A model generated the notes under the pieces. That model had not been told where the DNA came from and did no database searches. It was given only the letters and a program-made list of their open reading frames with translations. The position numbers were made by a program, and so were the translations under genes. 64,000 nucleotides of DNA, from NCBI RefSeq assembly GCF_009914755.1, contig NC_060927.1. One strand, written 5' to 3'. How positions within the stretch are numbered: position 1 is the stretch's first letter; each line of letters starts with the position of its first letter. This DNA comes from the human T2T-CHM13v2.0 reference genome, Homo sapiens. This document shows, one piece after another, positions 1 to 13,366 of this stretch.

Positions 1-98
1 ACGCCAGCTCTTTCTCTTCTTAAGGGGGAATTGGGTTTTCTTACATACAACTGAGTTTTTGCTTACATGTTCTTTATTTTCTTTTAATTCCTGTTTCA
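1..98 (-). mobile_element. 5' end of an ERV1-class LTR, cut by the window edge (possibly LTR15-like)
   Basis: The reverse complement begins TGAAACAGGAATTAAAAGAAA..AAACTCAGTTGTATGTAAGAAAACCCAATTCCCCC, an LTR-type TG start recalled from ERV1 LTR consensus. Confidence 0.55.
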
Positions 99-99
99 A

Positions 100-1790
100 G
101 TCATCATTAGGATCCCCTTCACCTCTCTTTGATTCCCAGTTTTCTGTATCCATATTTTCCTCTTTATTGGTTTTCTCCCTTCTTTAAAGGAACTACATCC
201 CTTGGCAGAGCAAACCTCTCTGAAAAAGAATATAGGGCAGGTAAAATTTTGAGAACATTCATCTCTGAAGTTGTCTTTATTTAATTCTCACACCTGACTG
301 ATGATTTCATTGGTTATGACATTCCACATCAGGAATCATTTCATTCAGAATGTTGAAGTCTCCCTTCCATAATCTTCTAGCTTCTAACATGTCTGTTGAG
401 AGAAGTCTGAAATTATTCAAATTCATGAGTCTTTGTATGTTATTGGGTTTTTTCCCTCTCTTTCCTCCCCTTCTTTCCTCTCCTCTCTCCCCACTTCTCC
501 ATCTTTTTCCTCTTTCTCTTTCTCTCTCTCTCTCTGTCTCTATCAGGGCCTTGCCTCACCCTCTCCCTCTTCCCCTCTCTTTCCCCCATTATGGCGATTT
601 TATCCATGGTGCCAGGCCCTCTCAATCTGGAAACTAGTGTCATTTAGTTAGAGGACCTTTTCCTGACTTATTTGGTTGGTGATTTTCTCCCTTCCATTTC
701 TTCTCTTCCCTTCTTTTGGAAGCCCTGTTATTTAGACCTTAGACTTTGAGGGCTGTTGTTTCTTCTATCTCTCTGTTTGCCATTTTTTTCTATTTTATCA
801 TATATGTCTTCAACCTTAACTTCTGTTTCTTCTATTAAATTTTCATTTATCTGCTGTTATATTTTCAATTTCTAGGTGTTCTTTTATTTGTCTCTGAGTA
901 TGCTTTTTAATTGCATCTTCTTCTTTTTGCATGGATGCAATATCATCTCTTAACTCTCCAAAGATATATTATTTTTCAGTTGTCTTCTCCCTGTATGTTT
1001 TCTTTTTTCTCTAATGTGCCTTGTGTTTGTTTTGGTCTCTGTATTTCAAGTTACAAATAGTGATCCTTGGGGAACCACAAAAACTAACTAGACTAGGTCA
1101 CAAGAAAAGTTTATTGGAAGCTCTGGATTCATGGGGTGGGACAGGTTGACTGTGGGCTCTAATGGTGAGTTTGGGCCAATTTTTATCAATATCTGTAAAT
1201 CTTTCCCCTTAGGCTGATTTTATTTCTGGGGAAGGATCCTCTGGTCTTGCGTTGGCATTTTTGTAACTGTGTTGGCAGTGTCAGCTGAGACCTCAATGTT
1301 TGGAGCACTTATATTTTCTTATTGTCCTTCAGGATGGTAGCCCACTCTCAATTGTGCCTGGTGCCCTCTAGTTTAGGGAACATCCATTTACCCTGTTCAG
1401 AGACCACATTTCTAGTCTTCTACCAGGTGGGTGTTCACCTGGCTGCAAGGTAGAGAGGATATAATTGTCAAAAGCAGACTTTTTAAGCTAGCCTGTTCAC
1501 TCACAATTCCTAAGGTACTTAGTGCAAATTAGTAAAATTTTGAGGGGTTCTGCATGTAAATAGTTTTTTTGTTTAACATTTACCAGTGCTGGTTTAAGAT
1601 TCAACTTTTCCTGTACAGCTAAATTAGTTAGCATTCATTCATTTGCATTTTACCCTTCAAAATTTTATTTCTTGTAAATTTGTGTCTCTTCTCAGTTTCT
1701 CTAGTTATGAATTATATCCTTTAAAAATATGTATCTTTACTATTGTTTTAATGGGGTTCAGGAATGGAGCAAAAGAATGTGTCCATTTCA
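100..1790 (-). mobile_element. Ancient L1M fragment (ORF1/5' region), antisense
   Basis: T-rich strand with L1M ORF1 antisense motifs (CTTCTAGCTTCTAACATGTCTGTTGAGAGAAGTCTGA). Confidence 0.6.
446..588. repeat. CT-rich polypyrimidine / (CT)n tract
   Basis: Directly visible. Confidence 0.85.
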
Positions 1791-2014
1791 ACTCATCATT
1801 TTTACCCAGTGTTCCCTAAGGAAGATGTCTTGAATTGGGAAGACTGTGGGCAAGAAGAGAAGGTTTCAGATTGCAATGTTTCTTCTAGCTTGAAGGGATT
1901 GGATTTTGAAAGTAAATGCATATTTCAATTTGCTTTTCCCATTTGTGAACCTTGAAACACGATTCAAGACACCACATTATTATCACTCTCACACCTGTCA
2001 TGATGACAGCAGCC

Positions 2015-2225
2015 AACATCCACTGAGTGGGTACTTCATGGCACTGCATAGCCCAGCACTTTATACACTTTATTTCATTTCATCTTCACACCAATTACAT
2101 AAGGTCAGTACTTTTATTATTCTCATCATAGAGGTAAGAGGAGTAACACTTGGAGAAATTAAATAACTTGCCCGAGGTCATAAAGCTATAAACTGAAAGA
2201 ATCGGAATTCAAAGCTAGGTCTGCC
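2015..2225 (-). mobile_element. MIR SINE
   Basis: MIR core in reverse: AAATAACTTGCCCGAGGTCATAAAGCTA..GGAATTCAAAGCTAGGTCTG. Confidence 0.7.
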
Positions 2226-2267
2226 CAGCCCATAGTTGCCCAGTGATGATGCTCCTTTTTGTTGCAG

Positions 2268-2420
2268 GTGTCTGCTCTCTTGGTTGATGCAGCTTTTTTG
2301 TTTTTACCAGCCACCGCAGACCCCAACTGCTACCACCACTGCTGCTTGTAACCACCCCCCAGCTAGCGTCAATTTCACAAAAATGCACTTAATAAGTGCT
2401 CGAGTAAATACGCGTAGAAT
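2268..2420 (+). other. Candidate non-coding exon (153 nt)
   Basis: Acceptor ctcctttttgttgcag|G and donor AAT|gtgagt. No transcript evidence available. Confidence 0.22.
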
Positions 2421-2560
2421 GTGAGTGCACAGAGATCTTTTGTATAAAAGATCTTCCTAGAAACTTTGAGGGGTATACAATGGAAGCAAACATGCCTTTC
2501 AAGGAGAACATTGTCTATTGACAGAAACAGAAACCACCTGGTCTTGGTGCTTTTGTGTTC

Positions 2561-2861
2561 TTTTTTTTTTTTTTTTAGACGGAGTCTAGCTCTGTTGCCA
2601 GGCTGGAGTGCAGTGACCTGTGATGTGATCTTGGCTTGCTGCAACCTCCGCCTCCCCGGTTCAAGCGATTCTCCTGCCCCAGCCTCCCCAGTAGCTGAGA
2701 CTACAGGCATGTGCCACCACGCCCAGCTAATTTTTATATTTTTAGTAGAGACGGGGTTTCACCACGTTGGCCAGGATTGTCTCAATCTCTTGACCTCGTG
2801 ATCCACCTGCCTCGGCTTCCCAAAGTGCTGGGATTACAGGCCTGAGCTACCATGCCGGGCC
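2561..2861 (-). mobile_element. AluSc-like SINE
   Basis: Full Alu dimer with poly-T. TSD TTTTGTGTTCTTT at 2551-2563 and 2862-2874. CTGTTGCCAGG and TCTCTTGACCTCGTG are Sc-type diagnostics. Confidence 0.93.
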
Positions 2862-2874
2862 TTTTGTGTTCTTT

Positions 2875-3655
2875 AAATGCTTTATTTCTCTTGTGGTATT
2901 TGGTCTTTCTAGTCTTTCTATTTTTACTGGGGTACATTTTTATAAGTCATGATTAGTTTCATAAATTTGTAATATTTTTCTGGCCTTTTGATTATTTATC
3001 TTATCATTTCTAAGTTTGTATATTTATACTCCCATTTTTGTAAAACCTGGGTTAGAGTTAGCTAGTGGTTTAAACATTTTGTTGTTGTTGTTTTTTTTTC
3101 AAAGAGCCAGATTTTACCTTTATTCATTACTTCTACTGGTTTTCTGTTTTATGTTTCATTGATTTCTACTTTGATCTGCATTGATTCTTTCCTTTGGCTT
3201 ACTGTCTTATTCTTTTTCTAAATTCTTGAGTATTTAGCTTATTTATTTTATTCTTTAATTTTTATTCATATGGATATTAAATACTATTAGACTTCCTCTG
3301 GTAACTGCTTTAGCTATATTTCATAGATTCTGACTTGTATTGTGGTCACATTAGTAATTTTTCCAGAAAGTCTATAGTTTGTTTTTTTATCTTTTCTTGG
3401 AACCAGGAATTATTTAATAGCATTAAAAATTCATCAGTAGAAGGATCTTTCCTTTAAATTAAATTTTCACCTTTAATGTATTATGGTCAGAGAATACTGT
3501 TTCTATTTTTTCTCTTCCTTGAAATTTATTGAGGATGTTTTATAGCCTAAGATTTTCAGTTCTCCTGACATTTCTCCATGCCCACTATATTTACAGATTA
3601 AATTTACAGACTTGACTCATTCTTTTTTCTTTTAGCTGATTTTGATTATTAAGTT
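2875..3655 (-). mobile_element. Ancient L1M fragment (ORF2 5' region), antisense
   Basis: Motifs TTTCATTGATTTCTACTTTGATC, ACTGCTTTAGCTATATTTCATAGATTCTGA and TTATGGTCAGAGAATA, typical of antisense L1M ORF2. Confidence 0.7.
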
Positions 3656-3659
3656 ATTG

Positions 3660-3969
3660 TTTTTCTTTTCGTTCTTTCTTTTTTTTTGGTCTTGCTCTGT
3701 TGTTTACTGCCCAAGCAGGAGCACAGTGGCACAATCACAGCTCACTGCAGCCTTGATCTCCTGGGCTCAGTCAATCTCCCTACCTCGGCCATCCAAGTAG
3801 CTGGTACTACAGGCATGCACCACCATGCCTGGCTAATTTTTAAATTCTCTGTAGAAACGAGGTCTTGCCCTGTTGCCCAGACTGGTCTTGAACACTTGGG
3901 CTCAAGTGATCCTTCTGTCTGAGCCTCCTAAAGTGCTGGAATTACAGGAGTGAGCCATTGCACCTGGGC
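3660..3969 (-). mobile_element. AluJ SINE
   Basis: Diverged dimer with J diagnostics (CACAGCTCACTGCAGCCTTGA, GGGCTCAAGTGATCC). Confidence 0.9.
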
Positions 3970-4031
3970 TTGTTTACCATTTTCATTTGTTTAGTGGATC
4001 TGTCTTTTTGACATAACTTCATGGTCTGTAG

Positions 4032-4304
4032 CAGAGGTTGGCAAAAGACAGCCAACAAGCCAGATCCAGCCCATCACCTGTTTTTGTAAACAAAGTTTTA
4101 TTGGAACATAGCCATTTATTCATTTACTTATTGTCTATGGTGAATTTTACTCTACATTGGCAGAATTGAGTAGTTGTGTCAGAGACCACATGGCACACAA
4201 AGCCAAAAACTTTTTCTATATACCTAAAATATTTACTGTCTATTCTAGGCTCATAAAGCCTAAAAATATTCACTATCTTTACAGAAAGAGTTTGCCAATC
4301 CTTG
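4032..4304 (+). mobile_element. MER58A (hAT-Charlie)
   Basis: CAGAGGTTGGCAAA...TTTGCCAATCCTTG TIRs, internal TTTGTAAACAAAGTTTTATTGGAACA, degenerate 8-bp TSD GTCTGTAG/TTCTATAG. Confidence 0.85.
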
Positions 4305-4409
4305 TTCTATAGGCACATTATTTTGCACCATATTTTCTTTTATCTTATGACTTTGTGTAGGATTTGACTGTGGTCATTTTCTGTTGCTCATGTTATTTGT
4401 TAGGTGCCT

Positions 4410-4640
4410 AGCACTGTCCAGTAAAACACCCTGCAATGATGGAAAGGTTCTGCACCACATAATACAGTAGCCTTCAACCACAGGCTGGTAAGAAATTGAA
4501 ACGTGGCTAGTGCAGCCGAAAAATTAAATATTAATTTAATTAAATTTTAATGAAATTTAATTAATAAAACCTTAACCTAATTTCTTTTAGTTTAATTAGA
4601 ATTAATATAGCCACATGTGGCTAATGACTACTGAACGGGG
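4410..4640 (+). mobile_element. MER3 (hAT-Charlie)
   Basis: GCACTGTCCAGTA..GATGGAAAGGTTCT..GTGGCTAGTGC..TAGCCACATGTGGCTA. Confidence 0.75.
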
Positions 4641-5755
4641 AATCATATTACTATATGGTCAGGGAAGTCTGTCTAGCTTCCAAGCTCTGAAGCACCCTAT
4701 TCTTTTGTTTTTGGAAAATGGGATGTTTTGGTGTGGAAGCTGCTTCACATTTTTTACAGTGTGCTGAGTTTCCCCTCCCCTCCTTCTATTTTACTTAGAT
4801 TGTTGCATTTCTTTGCTCCCATTGTACCTGTTTGGAGCAATTTGGATTCTATTCTCAGTGGTCTGTCCTCAGTCCTGAGCTCCTTCCTACAAGAATATTT
4901 GGTTAGTTAGTTTCAATGGTTTACAGGTTCCAGATCACACTGGTATTATCTGAGCTTTCATGGGCTGTTCGTATTGACCCATAAATCTGAGTCTGCAAAG
5001 CATTCTCTCAGTTTCAACCACTGTCCACAAATGACCAGTCAAGCTTTTCAGCGAGTGATTATTGGCAATTTGGGGGGGTCCTTGGGCTCTCAGCGCCATT
5101 GGAAGTTCTTTATATTCCCTTCACATTCTCCCACATAGCCTTTAATACAACACAATTCTTGTTATGATATATATATATACTCTGCTTATATTCTGGGGTT
5201 CATGGAAATAGATTGTATATTATTTCTGTGGGATTTTAGTTTATTCGTCTTTGCTGTATCTATTTTTTGGGGGGATTTAATGAGAATATATAAGTGTACC
5301 ATCTTACCCCAATTCCCTATTATTTTCATATGTGATGCCTCTATCCACCTCCCCACAGGAGAGTTACTGACCTAGTCCCACCACTTTAATTTACAAGAGG
5401 AGGAAATTGTAATATAAGAACTAAAAATAAAATTCATATTACCAGACTTTCAGTCTAGTATTTTTCTCTTTCACCCTACAGATAGAAGATTGTGTAGGCA
5501 GACCGTCTGACAGTCCATCTCGCAATATGGTCCAGTAATTGTTTCTCTGTTCTGATAACTCCTCCCCCCATGCATCCCCCATCCCTGTTCTCTTCCCGAA
5601 TTGGTGCTACCTCCTATTTGGGAAATACTTTTGCTTTTAAGAGTCTCATGGTGACAGAGTAGAGATAAGGAAGAAGAGGCAGTAACATTACTACCCAGGG
5701 CCAGTTTTGGGCTTGAGGATCATAGGGAAAAGATGGTTTAAGAATTTATTGGAAG

Positions 5756-5900
5756 AAGACTACAAATAGGGTTCAGTGTATACTGCTCGGGTGACGGTTG
5801 CACCAAAATCTCACAAATCACCACGAAAGAACTTACTCATGCAACCAAACACCATCTGTTCCCCAATAACTTTTATGGAAATTAAAAATAAATTTTAAAA
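5756..5900 (+). mobile_element. L1PB 3' end, 5'-truncated
   Basis: TACTGCTCGGGTGACGGTTGCACCAAAATCTCACAAATCACCAC..A-rich tail. Degraded TSD AAGAATTTATTGGAAGA / AAGTGTTTATGGGAAGA. Confidence 0.85.
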
Positions 5901-6085
5901 GTGTTTATGGGAAGATTCTGATCTTTCCCCCTTACTAACCACATAAATCCTGGAAAAATAACTAATTCCCTCTTGTTTTTGGTGTGGAAAATGAGAAACT
6001 GGATATAATAGGGTCTAGGATAGTACTTGGCTCATACATGTTGTTTGATACCTGTTAACCCTCTCTTTCTTTTAATTTTCTGTAG

Positions 6086-6214
6086 TTCCTCCAGCATAAA
6101 AACAAGACAAAGTTCCTGCAGAGCTGCTCTAACCCAATAATAAAATTGGACAATAAGCTGCATATCTGCCGGAAACCTGGGACTGGCAATGGAGATGAGA
6201 AGAGAATCAGAAGG
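6086..6214 (+). other. Candidate internal exon (129 nt, stop-free in phase 0)
   Basis: Branch-like TGTTAAC (6053-6059), pyrimidine tract and tgtag|, donor AGG|gtaagg, all in non-repeat sequence. Confidence 0.4.
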
Positions 6215-6218
6215 GTAA

Positions 6219-6599
<381 letters not shown>

Positions 6600-7459
6600 T
6601 GGATCTGTTCTAATTGCACAAGTGACAAAGTCCTACTGGCTCCCAGGCTTGGTTACCTGAACATCCCAGTTACTGGTCTCAGGGCCTTCAAAGCTTCCTG
6701 GATATCAGGAGCCAATATCATCACTGGTTCCTGGAGTACAACCAAGTCCCTGAAAACTAATATTTTTGGAAAAGAAAAATAGAGATAAGAGGAAAACCAT
6801 CGTCATACACAAGAGAATGCAATACAGCATGAATGCAGAAAATCCTGTCCATGTCAAATTTTTTTCTTTCAAGTATAATCTCAATTATTCCTGCAGCATA
6901 CACAACAAATTGATGTGTGTCTCTGTGCTGGCAGATGCTCCAATTGGAGCTATGCATCCAACTTGGAGAATTAGCCATCACTATGACAACAAGCCTCTTT
7001 ATTTTTTTTCTGAATGAATGTTATAATTATCTACCATATGAAGTAAGATGCCGCTACTGACATTGTCGTTAGATCCTCTAGCCCTAGCTGTTTAAGATTT
7101 CTTGGTGGCAGAAAGCACCAGTTGGAGCCTTGGCCAAGTAGATAGCTCCAGATCAGGGCAGGCAATTCAAGGCTGAGAGTACATATGGGCAGCTTCTCAT
7201 TAAGGGAACCTAGATCTAATTAGATGCTGTCCCACTCCCACACACAGGAGAGAAATCATGCTCTGCAGAAGGATGTTTATTGAGAGGTGGTTGAGTTAGG
7301 AAAATATAATTGGTTTATTTCTCCAGGCAAAGGAACCATCAAAAGTCAGGCATTACACATTTCTATAGGCCGAGTTTGGTATCAGGGTGAGGATGTTGGT
7401 TTACTTGATCTTTAGGCTACTCTAAAAAAGCAAAGGTAGAATTGAGAAACTGACTTCCT

Positions 7460-7630
7460 GCACTGCCTTCAATGTGCCATGCATTCTGTTAAGCACTGTC
7501 ACAAATGCACTCCCCATTAAAACCTCACTAGTAATTTAAGGTAAGGCAAAAGAAGCCTGTGATGGAGACTAAGAAGTAGGTATTATTTACCTCCACTTTA
7601 AAGATGATGAAATTATGGCTCAGTGAAGAC
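7460..7630 (-). mobile_element. MIR fragment
   Basis: GTAGGTATTATTTACCTCCACTTTAAAGATGATGAAATTATGGCTCAG. Confidence 0.55.
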
Positions 7631-7919
7631 CAGAAATGCTTCTTAGCTGACAAAAACTTCGAAATCCATGTTGAATGCCAAAAAGGGGTGGAGAGAAATA
7701 AATAGAAATAATTACTATTTCCCTGATTCCTGTAAGTTCCACGGTTCTACCACCCAACTACTGCTCAGCCCGTGGGCCACACAGCACTGTTGACAGTGAA
7801 TTAGAGTATCAAAATCCAGGAGGGGAGGAACCAGAGAGGTCAGCCTACTGCAGTGATAAGATCACCCCTAAATCCACAGCAGTGGTAATGCTGACAAGAC
7901 TAGGGGTCCTGTGGTCCTA

Positions 7920-8040
7920 CTCCTCATTTCACAGATGAGAAAAGAACTCTATTGGTTGTGTTGCAAGAGTCACCTGCCCAGTTCACAGAACAAGTAATTA
8001 GCAGAGAGGGAAAACAGACCTCCAAAGCCAGGATGCTTTT
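7920..8040 (-). mobile_element. MIR fragment
   Basis: CTCATTTCACAGATGAGAAAA..CACCTGCCCAGTTCACAGAACAAGT. Confidence 0.55.
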
Positions 8041-8669
8041 CTCTCCATCACACAGCCTCCTGGGAGTGTTGTATTAGGATTTTTCATATAAAGTCTCTAC
8101 TGTAAAGAATGGTTGACTGGAATCCCTCTGAGTAGACATTCAGATAATGTTTTATGTGAGAAATATTTATTCAGAGTTTTCTTTTTTAGCCAATCCTAGC
8201 AACACCAGCTAGATAGCCACTTAAGCCACCTATACATACTAATCTGTCTCTTGACTGTGAAAACATTAACATTCTGTATACTAATCAGGAGTCAAAATCA
8301 TGATCAGCATTCATTAGTACTTTTTTCCAGTTCAATGCACTGAAGAAAGACATTGTACTGTTACATCAGTTTACCTGGTTGATTCTTAGGATCTGTCAAA
8401 TGCTTGCAGATAAAGACTTAATCATATAAGAATTGTAATTTGGCTCTTCTCAGAATTACATTCCATTTTGATAGACATCATAGATATGTACTGGAAATAA
8501 ATGTTCTGTTTTCATAGTGTTAGATTATTTTGCTTCTTTCTTTTTCTACTGCTTTTTACTGGGGAAATATATAGCAAAGACATTCAGTTATTTTCCCTTA
8601 AATAAACCTGATAAAGATCAGTTTGGACAGAGTTTTCTTGGACAGGTACTTTCTTCAACTGGAAAGAGA

Positions 8670-8880
8670 AGCTGGGCTTGAACACCATTTCTGATGTTGA
8701 TTTGACCCTGAGAAAGCTATGTAATATTTCTTAGCCTTAGTTTCTTGACCTTTTAGTTGAGGATAATAAAACATGCTTTATTTAGGGAGGGATGGGCTGA
8801 TAAGTTTAAATGAGATCACATTTACAAAAGGGCATTATAATATGTGAGATACATAGTAAGTGATCAATGGCTGCTTAATG
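8670..8880 (+). mobile_element. MIR SINE
   Basis: TGACCCTGAGAAAG..GCCTTAGTTTCTT..GGATAATAA..TTAAATGAGAT..ACATAGTAAGTGATCAAT. Confidence 0.6.
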
Positions 8881-8979
8881 TTACTAAATGTGCTAAGTGA
8901 TCAATATGTGCCAGGCACTGTGATAGGTGTGGTGGGGTTATAAGAATTAATAATGACATTAAGTTAATACTTAATGGCC

Positions 8980-9900
8980 ATTATTTATTCCACAAATCTC
9001 TGTGAGCACCAACAATGTATCAGATACCATGCTAGGTGATGGAAAGCTCCTGCCCTCAAGTTGTTCACAGTTTTATTTGTGGAAGCAGAAGTAAATATAG
9101 TGCAATTAGCACCACCTGAATCAGTGCAACACAAGCTGAAGAACAGAGTAGGAGCACTTAATCAAGGCTAGGGAGATCAGGAAAGGCTTTACTGGGGAGG
9201 TGATGACACATTCAATAGATGAAGAAGGATAACGCTTCAAGAAGGCAGAACAATTTCTGCAAATCCTGGAAGCAAAAGAGAACATGGAACATTCAGAAAT
9301 TTTCATCGTTTAATGGTCACAGTAAAAGTTGGAGGCAACAAATGATGAGAGATGAGGTTGCAGCAATAAAAAAAAAAAGAGCTGATTAAAGATCTTAAAA
9401 AGCTTCAACTTTACTTTAAAGAGAATGAAGAGACATTACTCAGATGAGTGATGTCATCAGATTTGAACCAAGGAGGTCACTATGGCATCACTGGACAATG
9501 AGTTGAGTGGATGTGGGAGGACCAGGAGGCACTGTTGAGCTACAGCTAAAAAATGGGAGGGAATTAGCTAAGGTGGCTGGTAAGAAAAAGGAGAGAAATT
9601 GACAGACTCAAGAGAAGTTTGAAAACCGTTAGTCACACAGTGGAATTGGAAGAGTCAAGCTGAGTCTCAGGTTTCAGTGTGATATAGCAGGTGCATTTTT
9701 GTGCCACTCACCTAGAAGAGGACCCAGGAAGAGAAAAGTTGGATGAAATGGGAGGTAGGAAAGAGGGTACAAGATCCAGGGATGCTAGGCTCTGAATCTG
9801 GAAACAGCCGTCATAGCTGAAAGTCTGTTTCTATAGAGAATAGGTCTAAAAGAGGACCATGTGTGGATCCCATGCGCACTGCCTAAAGCAGGGATCACCT
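8980..9900 (-). mobile_element. L2 LINE 3' portion
   Basis: Reverse L2 tail (ATTTATTCCACAAAT..GAGCACC..CCTGCCCTCAAG), then GGAAAGGCTT..GGAGGTGA and AGTGATGTCATCAGATTTG. Confidence 0.65.
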
Positions 9901-10184
9901 GCCTATGGGATAGGGTAAAACAAGATGACACTGAGTGTGGCCTCCAGAGGGTTCTGTGTATCTGCAGGAGTAGGAAGCCAGGAACACTCAGATACAGGTT
10001 TACATCCTGGAAATTAACCAACCTGACCTCAGGATAAGTGGCCAGGTCTGCAACATATGTTGTACCTGTTGGTAGAAGTAACATGGAACCACCAACATAA
10101 AACATGGATTGCTGGGTCTGATAGAGGAAACTACACAATCATAGAAAGAGAGAAATAATCCAGATTAAAGGTGTGATTTTTCCC

Positions 10185-11400
10185 TTAAGGACTTGTACGT
10201 AGTCAGGTTCTGTTGGTGACACATTCTTTCAGCTTTCATTGTTTCAGAAGGTTTCATTTCTGGGTGTAGAAATGGACATTGACTTCTCCATCCCACTCCA
10301 CTGCCTTCTGGCTTACGTCATCTTCAACAAGAAATCTGCTGTAATTTTTATCCTTGCTCCTTTCTGTATAATGTCCCTGTATTCTCTGGTTGCTAATATT
10401 TTTAAATTTTTATGTGCTTTTCACCAATTTGATTATGATTTGCATGTGTGCGTGTGTGTGTGCGTGTGTGTTTAATAGTCTGCCTGGGGTTCACTGAAAC
10501 ACGTAATCCGTAAACTTATAGTTTTAACCAAATTTGAGGGGAAAACCTTTAGCTGTTCTTTCTTCAGATCTTTTTATGTGTCATTCATCTTTCTCTTCTT
10601 TTTCTGTAACTCCAATTTACTTATCTTAGAAAACTTTATATTATCCTACACTCACAGAAGCTTTGTCCACTTGTTTCAGTCTTTATTTTTCTATATGTGC
10701 TTCATTTTGGATGGTTTCTATTGCTATGTTTTTAAGTTTACTGTTTTTTTCCTGTGGTGTCTAAATGGTTCTGAATCTCATCTAGCGTATTTTTCATTTT
10801 TGATATATTTTTCATCTTAAAAGTTCCATTTAGATATTTTAAAAATATCTTGTATTTTATCATGTTTATGTTTTATTATATATCTTTTTGAATATTTATA
10901 ATAGCTATTTCAAGTTCCTTGTCTGCTATTCCCTTTATTAATGTCATTTCTGAGTCTTTTTCTATTGATTTATTTCTCTCCTTATTATGGGTTATATTTT
11001 CATGTTTCTTTTTTGCATGCTGGGAAATTTTTTATTGGATGTCAGGTCTCATGTATTTGTTGGTTTTGTGATTTAATTGTATTTCTTTAAAGAGTGTTGG
11101 TCTTTGTTATGGCACACAGTTAAATTACTTGCAGATTGGTTCGATTATTCTGAATCCTTCTTTTAAGCTTTGTTACAATGGGTACAGATCAGCATTTACT
11201 CTGGCATTAATTTAGCCTTACTACTACAGCATGTCCTTTCAAAGGCTCTACCAATACCTCATGTCCAGCCTTAGGAGTTTCACCCAACGTATGCGCAGGT
11301 TAATGTTCAGGATTTGAGGGGATCCTCCTGTAGCTCTCAAGTGCTTTCTGTTTCTCTCTGTGCCTTCCTTATCTCTGGTCCTCTGCTCCACCACACATTC
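10185..11400 (-). mobile_element. Ancient L1M ORF1/5' fragment, antisense, with (TG)n at 10445-10471
   Basis: CCACTGCCTTCTGGCTT..AAGAAATCTGCTGTAATT and other antisense ORF1 motifs. Confidence 0.7.
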
Positions 11401-12329
11401 CTAACGTGAGTGATACCTGGGGAGCGCTGAGGGTGGAGGGCATGAGAAAATAAGGAAAGGAAGCTGTGTTCCATGCCTGGGGCAATCCGAAGCTGAGCCA
11501 GGACATCTTGTGTACAATGACAAGACAAACTACAAACTATGCTAACTTATCTGAATTTATCTGGAGTAGATTCAGAGGCAGAGGCAACTAAAGATAGCAG
11601 AAATCATCATCCTTCCTCCTCCCATAACCGGTGAATAAGGTGGAATGTATCAGTCTCACTGCATGTAGTGTGGGACAGGAGTCTCTTCATTTGAATATCA
11701 AAAACTAGAGACTCTAAGCTGACATTTGGGTCACAGGGAGGAACCAGGGGACAGGAAGAGATTGGTGAGATGGGAAAAGAAAAATAAGGACCTAGAAAAG
11801 GAAATAAAATTCATGTCTGGAAGGGAATTATTGAATTAGCCTCATGAAGAATATTATTTCAAAAATGAGCCTTAAGAAGATAGAAAATATAATTAAGGAA
11901 AGATTGATGGGAAAGTTTCCTGGGTTAAGGAAGCAGCTTGAGAAAATTCACAGAAGGACATCTAAGGTAGAGTCGGAGAACAGAGACAGGTGAGTTCACC
12001 TTATTTGTTAGGTATAATGAAAATATTGAAATATAAGTCCTGAAAAAGAGTTTTGGACAGTACTATGAACGCCTTGATTTGGCAACATGAGTAGGTTATA
12101 CTTGATTCATAGGAAATGGAGAATCTTTAAAGGATTTCAAGTGAGCATTGTTGCTTCCAAAGAAATTAACTTCCCCTAATGGGGAAGAAAAGAGGAGGAA
12201 AATAGTCTTTTAGTCAAATGGCCATTTATTCACCAAACCATAAGGACTCTTTGCTACCTAGAAACTGTATACTTGGTCTTAATAAAATGGATCTTAATAA
12301 TAATAATACTTATTCTCCTATAGCAATTT

Positions 12330-12520
12330 ACTTTGCAGATTGCCTTTGGAGCGAAATCTCATTTGATTTTTGCAAAAAAAAAAAAATTATTGGACTGAGA
12401 TTCCCAATTTCCTATTGAAGATGAGAAAACTGAGGCTCAAAGAAAATTAAGAGATGTCTAACTCCAGACATCTGCTTAGATATTGTTAGCCCTAAAATCA
12501 GAACCAGCTTATGACTGCCC
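12330..12520 (-). mobile_element. MIR fragment
   Basis: AGATGAGAAAACTGAGGCTCAAAGA. Confidence 0.55.
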
Positions 12521-13366
12521 CATACAACTCATTTTATTTCTTTAGCTCAGAAGAATGGAAAGGAAAATAGTATGTTGAGTTTTTAAAGATGTTAGGACTT
12601 TTATTTCTAGCATAAGGCATAAAACAAAGGCTTATTTCAACTCCAGAAGATGGTACTAACACCTGGGAGGAGTTATTTATTGAGAAGACATTTCTTTATA
12701 TTCATAGCCTAAGCCCCACTACTTACGTTCCCATGCAATGAGAGTTTGATGACAAGACATTGATTTAAGGAAGTGTGATGTGACTCCTCCACCCTGTGTC
12801 ACTCCTTGTCCACCTGAAAAGTACCATAATAAATCGTATCAAAAGAAACCTTTTCTTTTGTGGTGCTTAAAGAAAAGGAGAGGAAACTGAATGTATCAGG
12901 CTTGGTGCTCAGTAAGACAGAAATAACTCTTGACTTAGTCAATTTTCTCTAAGGCGTATAGCAATCTATGGTTGCCCAGCTGAGGGCCAAGATTTTAAAT
13001 AAAATTCTCACATTTGGACTGCCCACCAGTCTGAATATGTATCTATGTCTACACCCAGAAGACTTGTAAACTCAGGATTTTATAAAGGCAAAAGATAATT
13101 TGATCAAGATTGACCAAACTAAGTCAAAGAAATACAAAACTATTTCCTTTTTCTCTATGGTTGACCGAAATGTAAATCTGAATACAAAGAGGTTCTGGCA
13201 TTCATTTCTGATTGCCTCATCACCAAGAAATGGGTAATAGTGTGGCTAAGAGAAGTTAGTTTGTCCCGATGCTGCTACCTCTAGAATAATTCATGCTGTA
13301 ATAATCCTTTTGGTGTTCCCTGGACTGTCCTCTGCCACACATGGGGCAATAAAATGATCAAGTTCT

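Noticed and set aside
350-651. Leu/Ser/Pro-rich and Arg/Glu-rich ORFs (also 23756-24133 and 36845-37059)
   Set aside because: Artefacts of CT-rich low-complexity DNA that lacks stop codons.
1361-1376. CTCF-like motif (also 44310-44325)
   Set aside because: Mismatches at core positions.
2375-2801. 111-aa ORFs and other Alu-overlapping ORFs (6264-6539, 13427-13735, 21424-21618, 25095-25531, 41510-41719, 46755-47073)
   Set aside because: These are typical Alu-translation peptides ([19 protein letters not shown]), not genes.
6937-6950. Perfect 14-bp palindrome GCTCCAATTGGAGC
   Set aside because: A few palindromes of this size are expected by chance in 64 kb.
11981-11996. Consensus donor CAG|GTGAGT
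   Set aside because: No credible upstream acceptor or promoter, and it lies in purine-rich, L2-like sequence.
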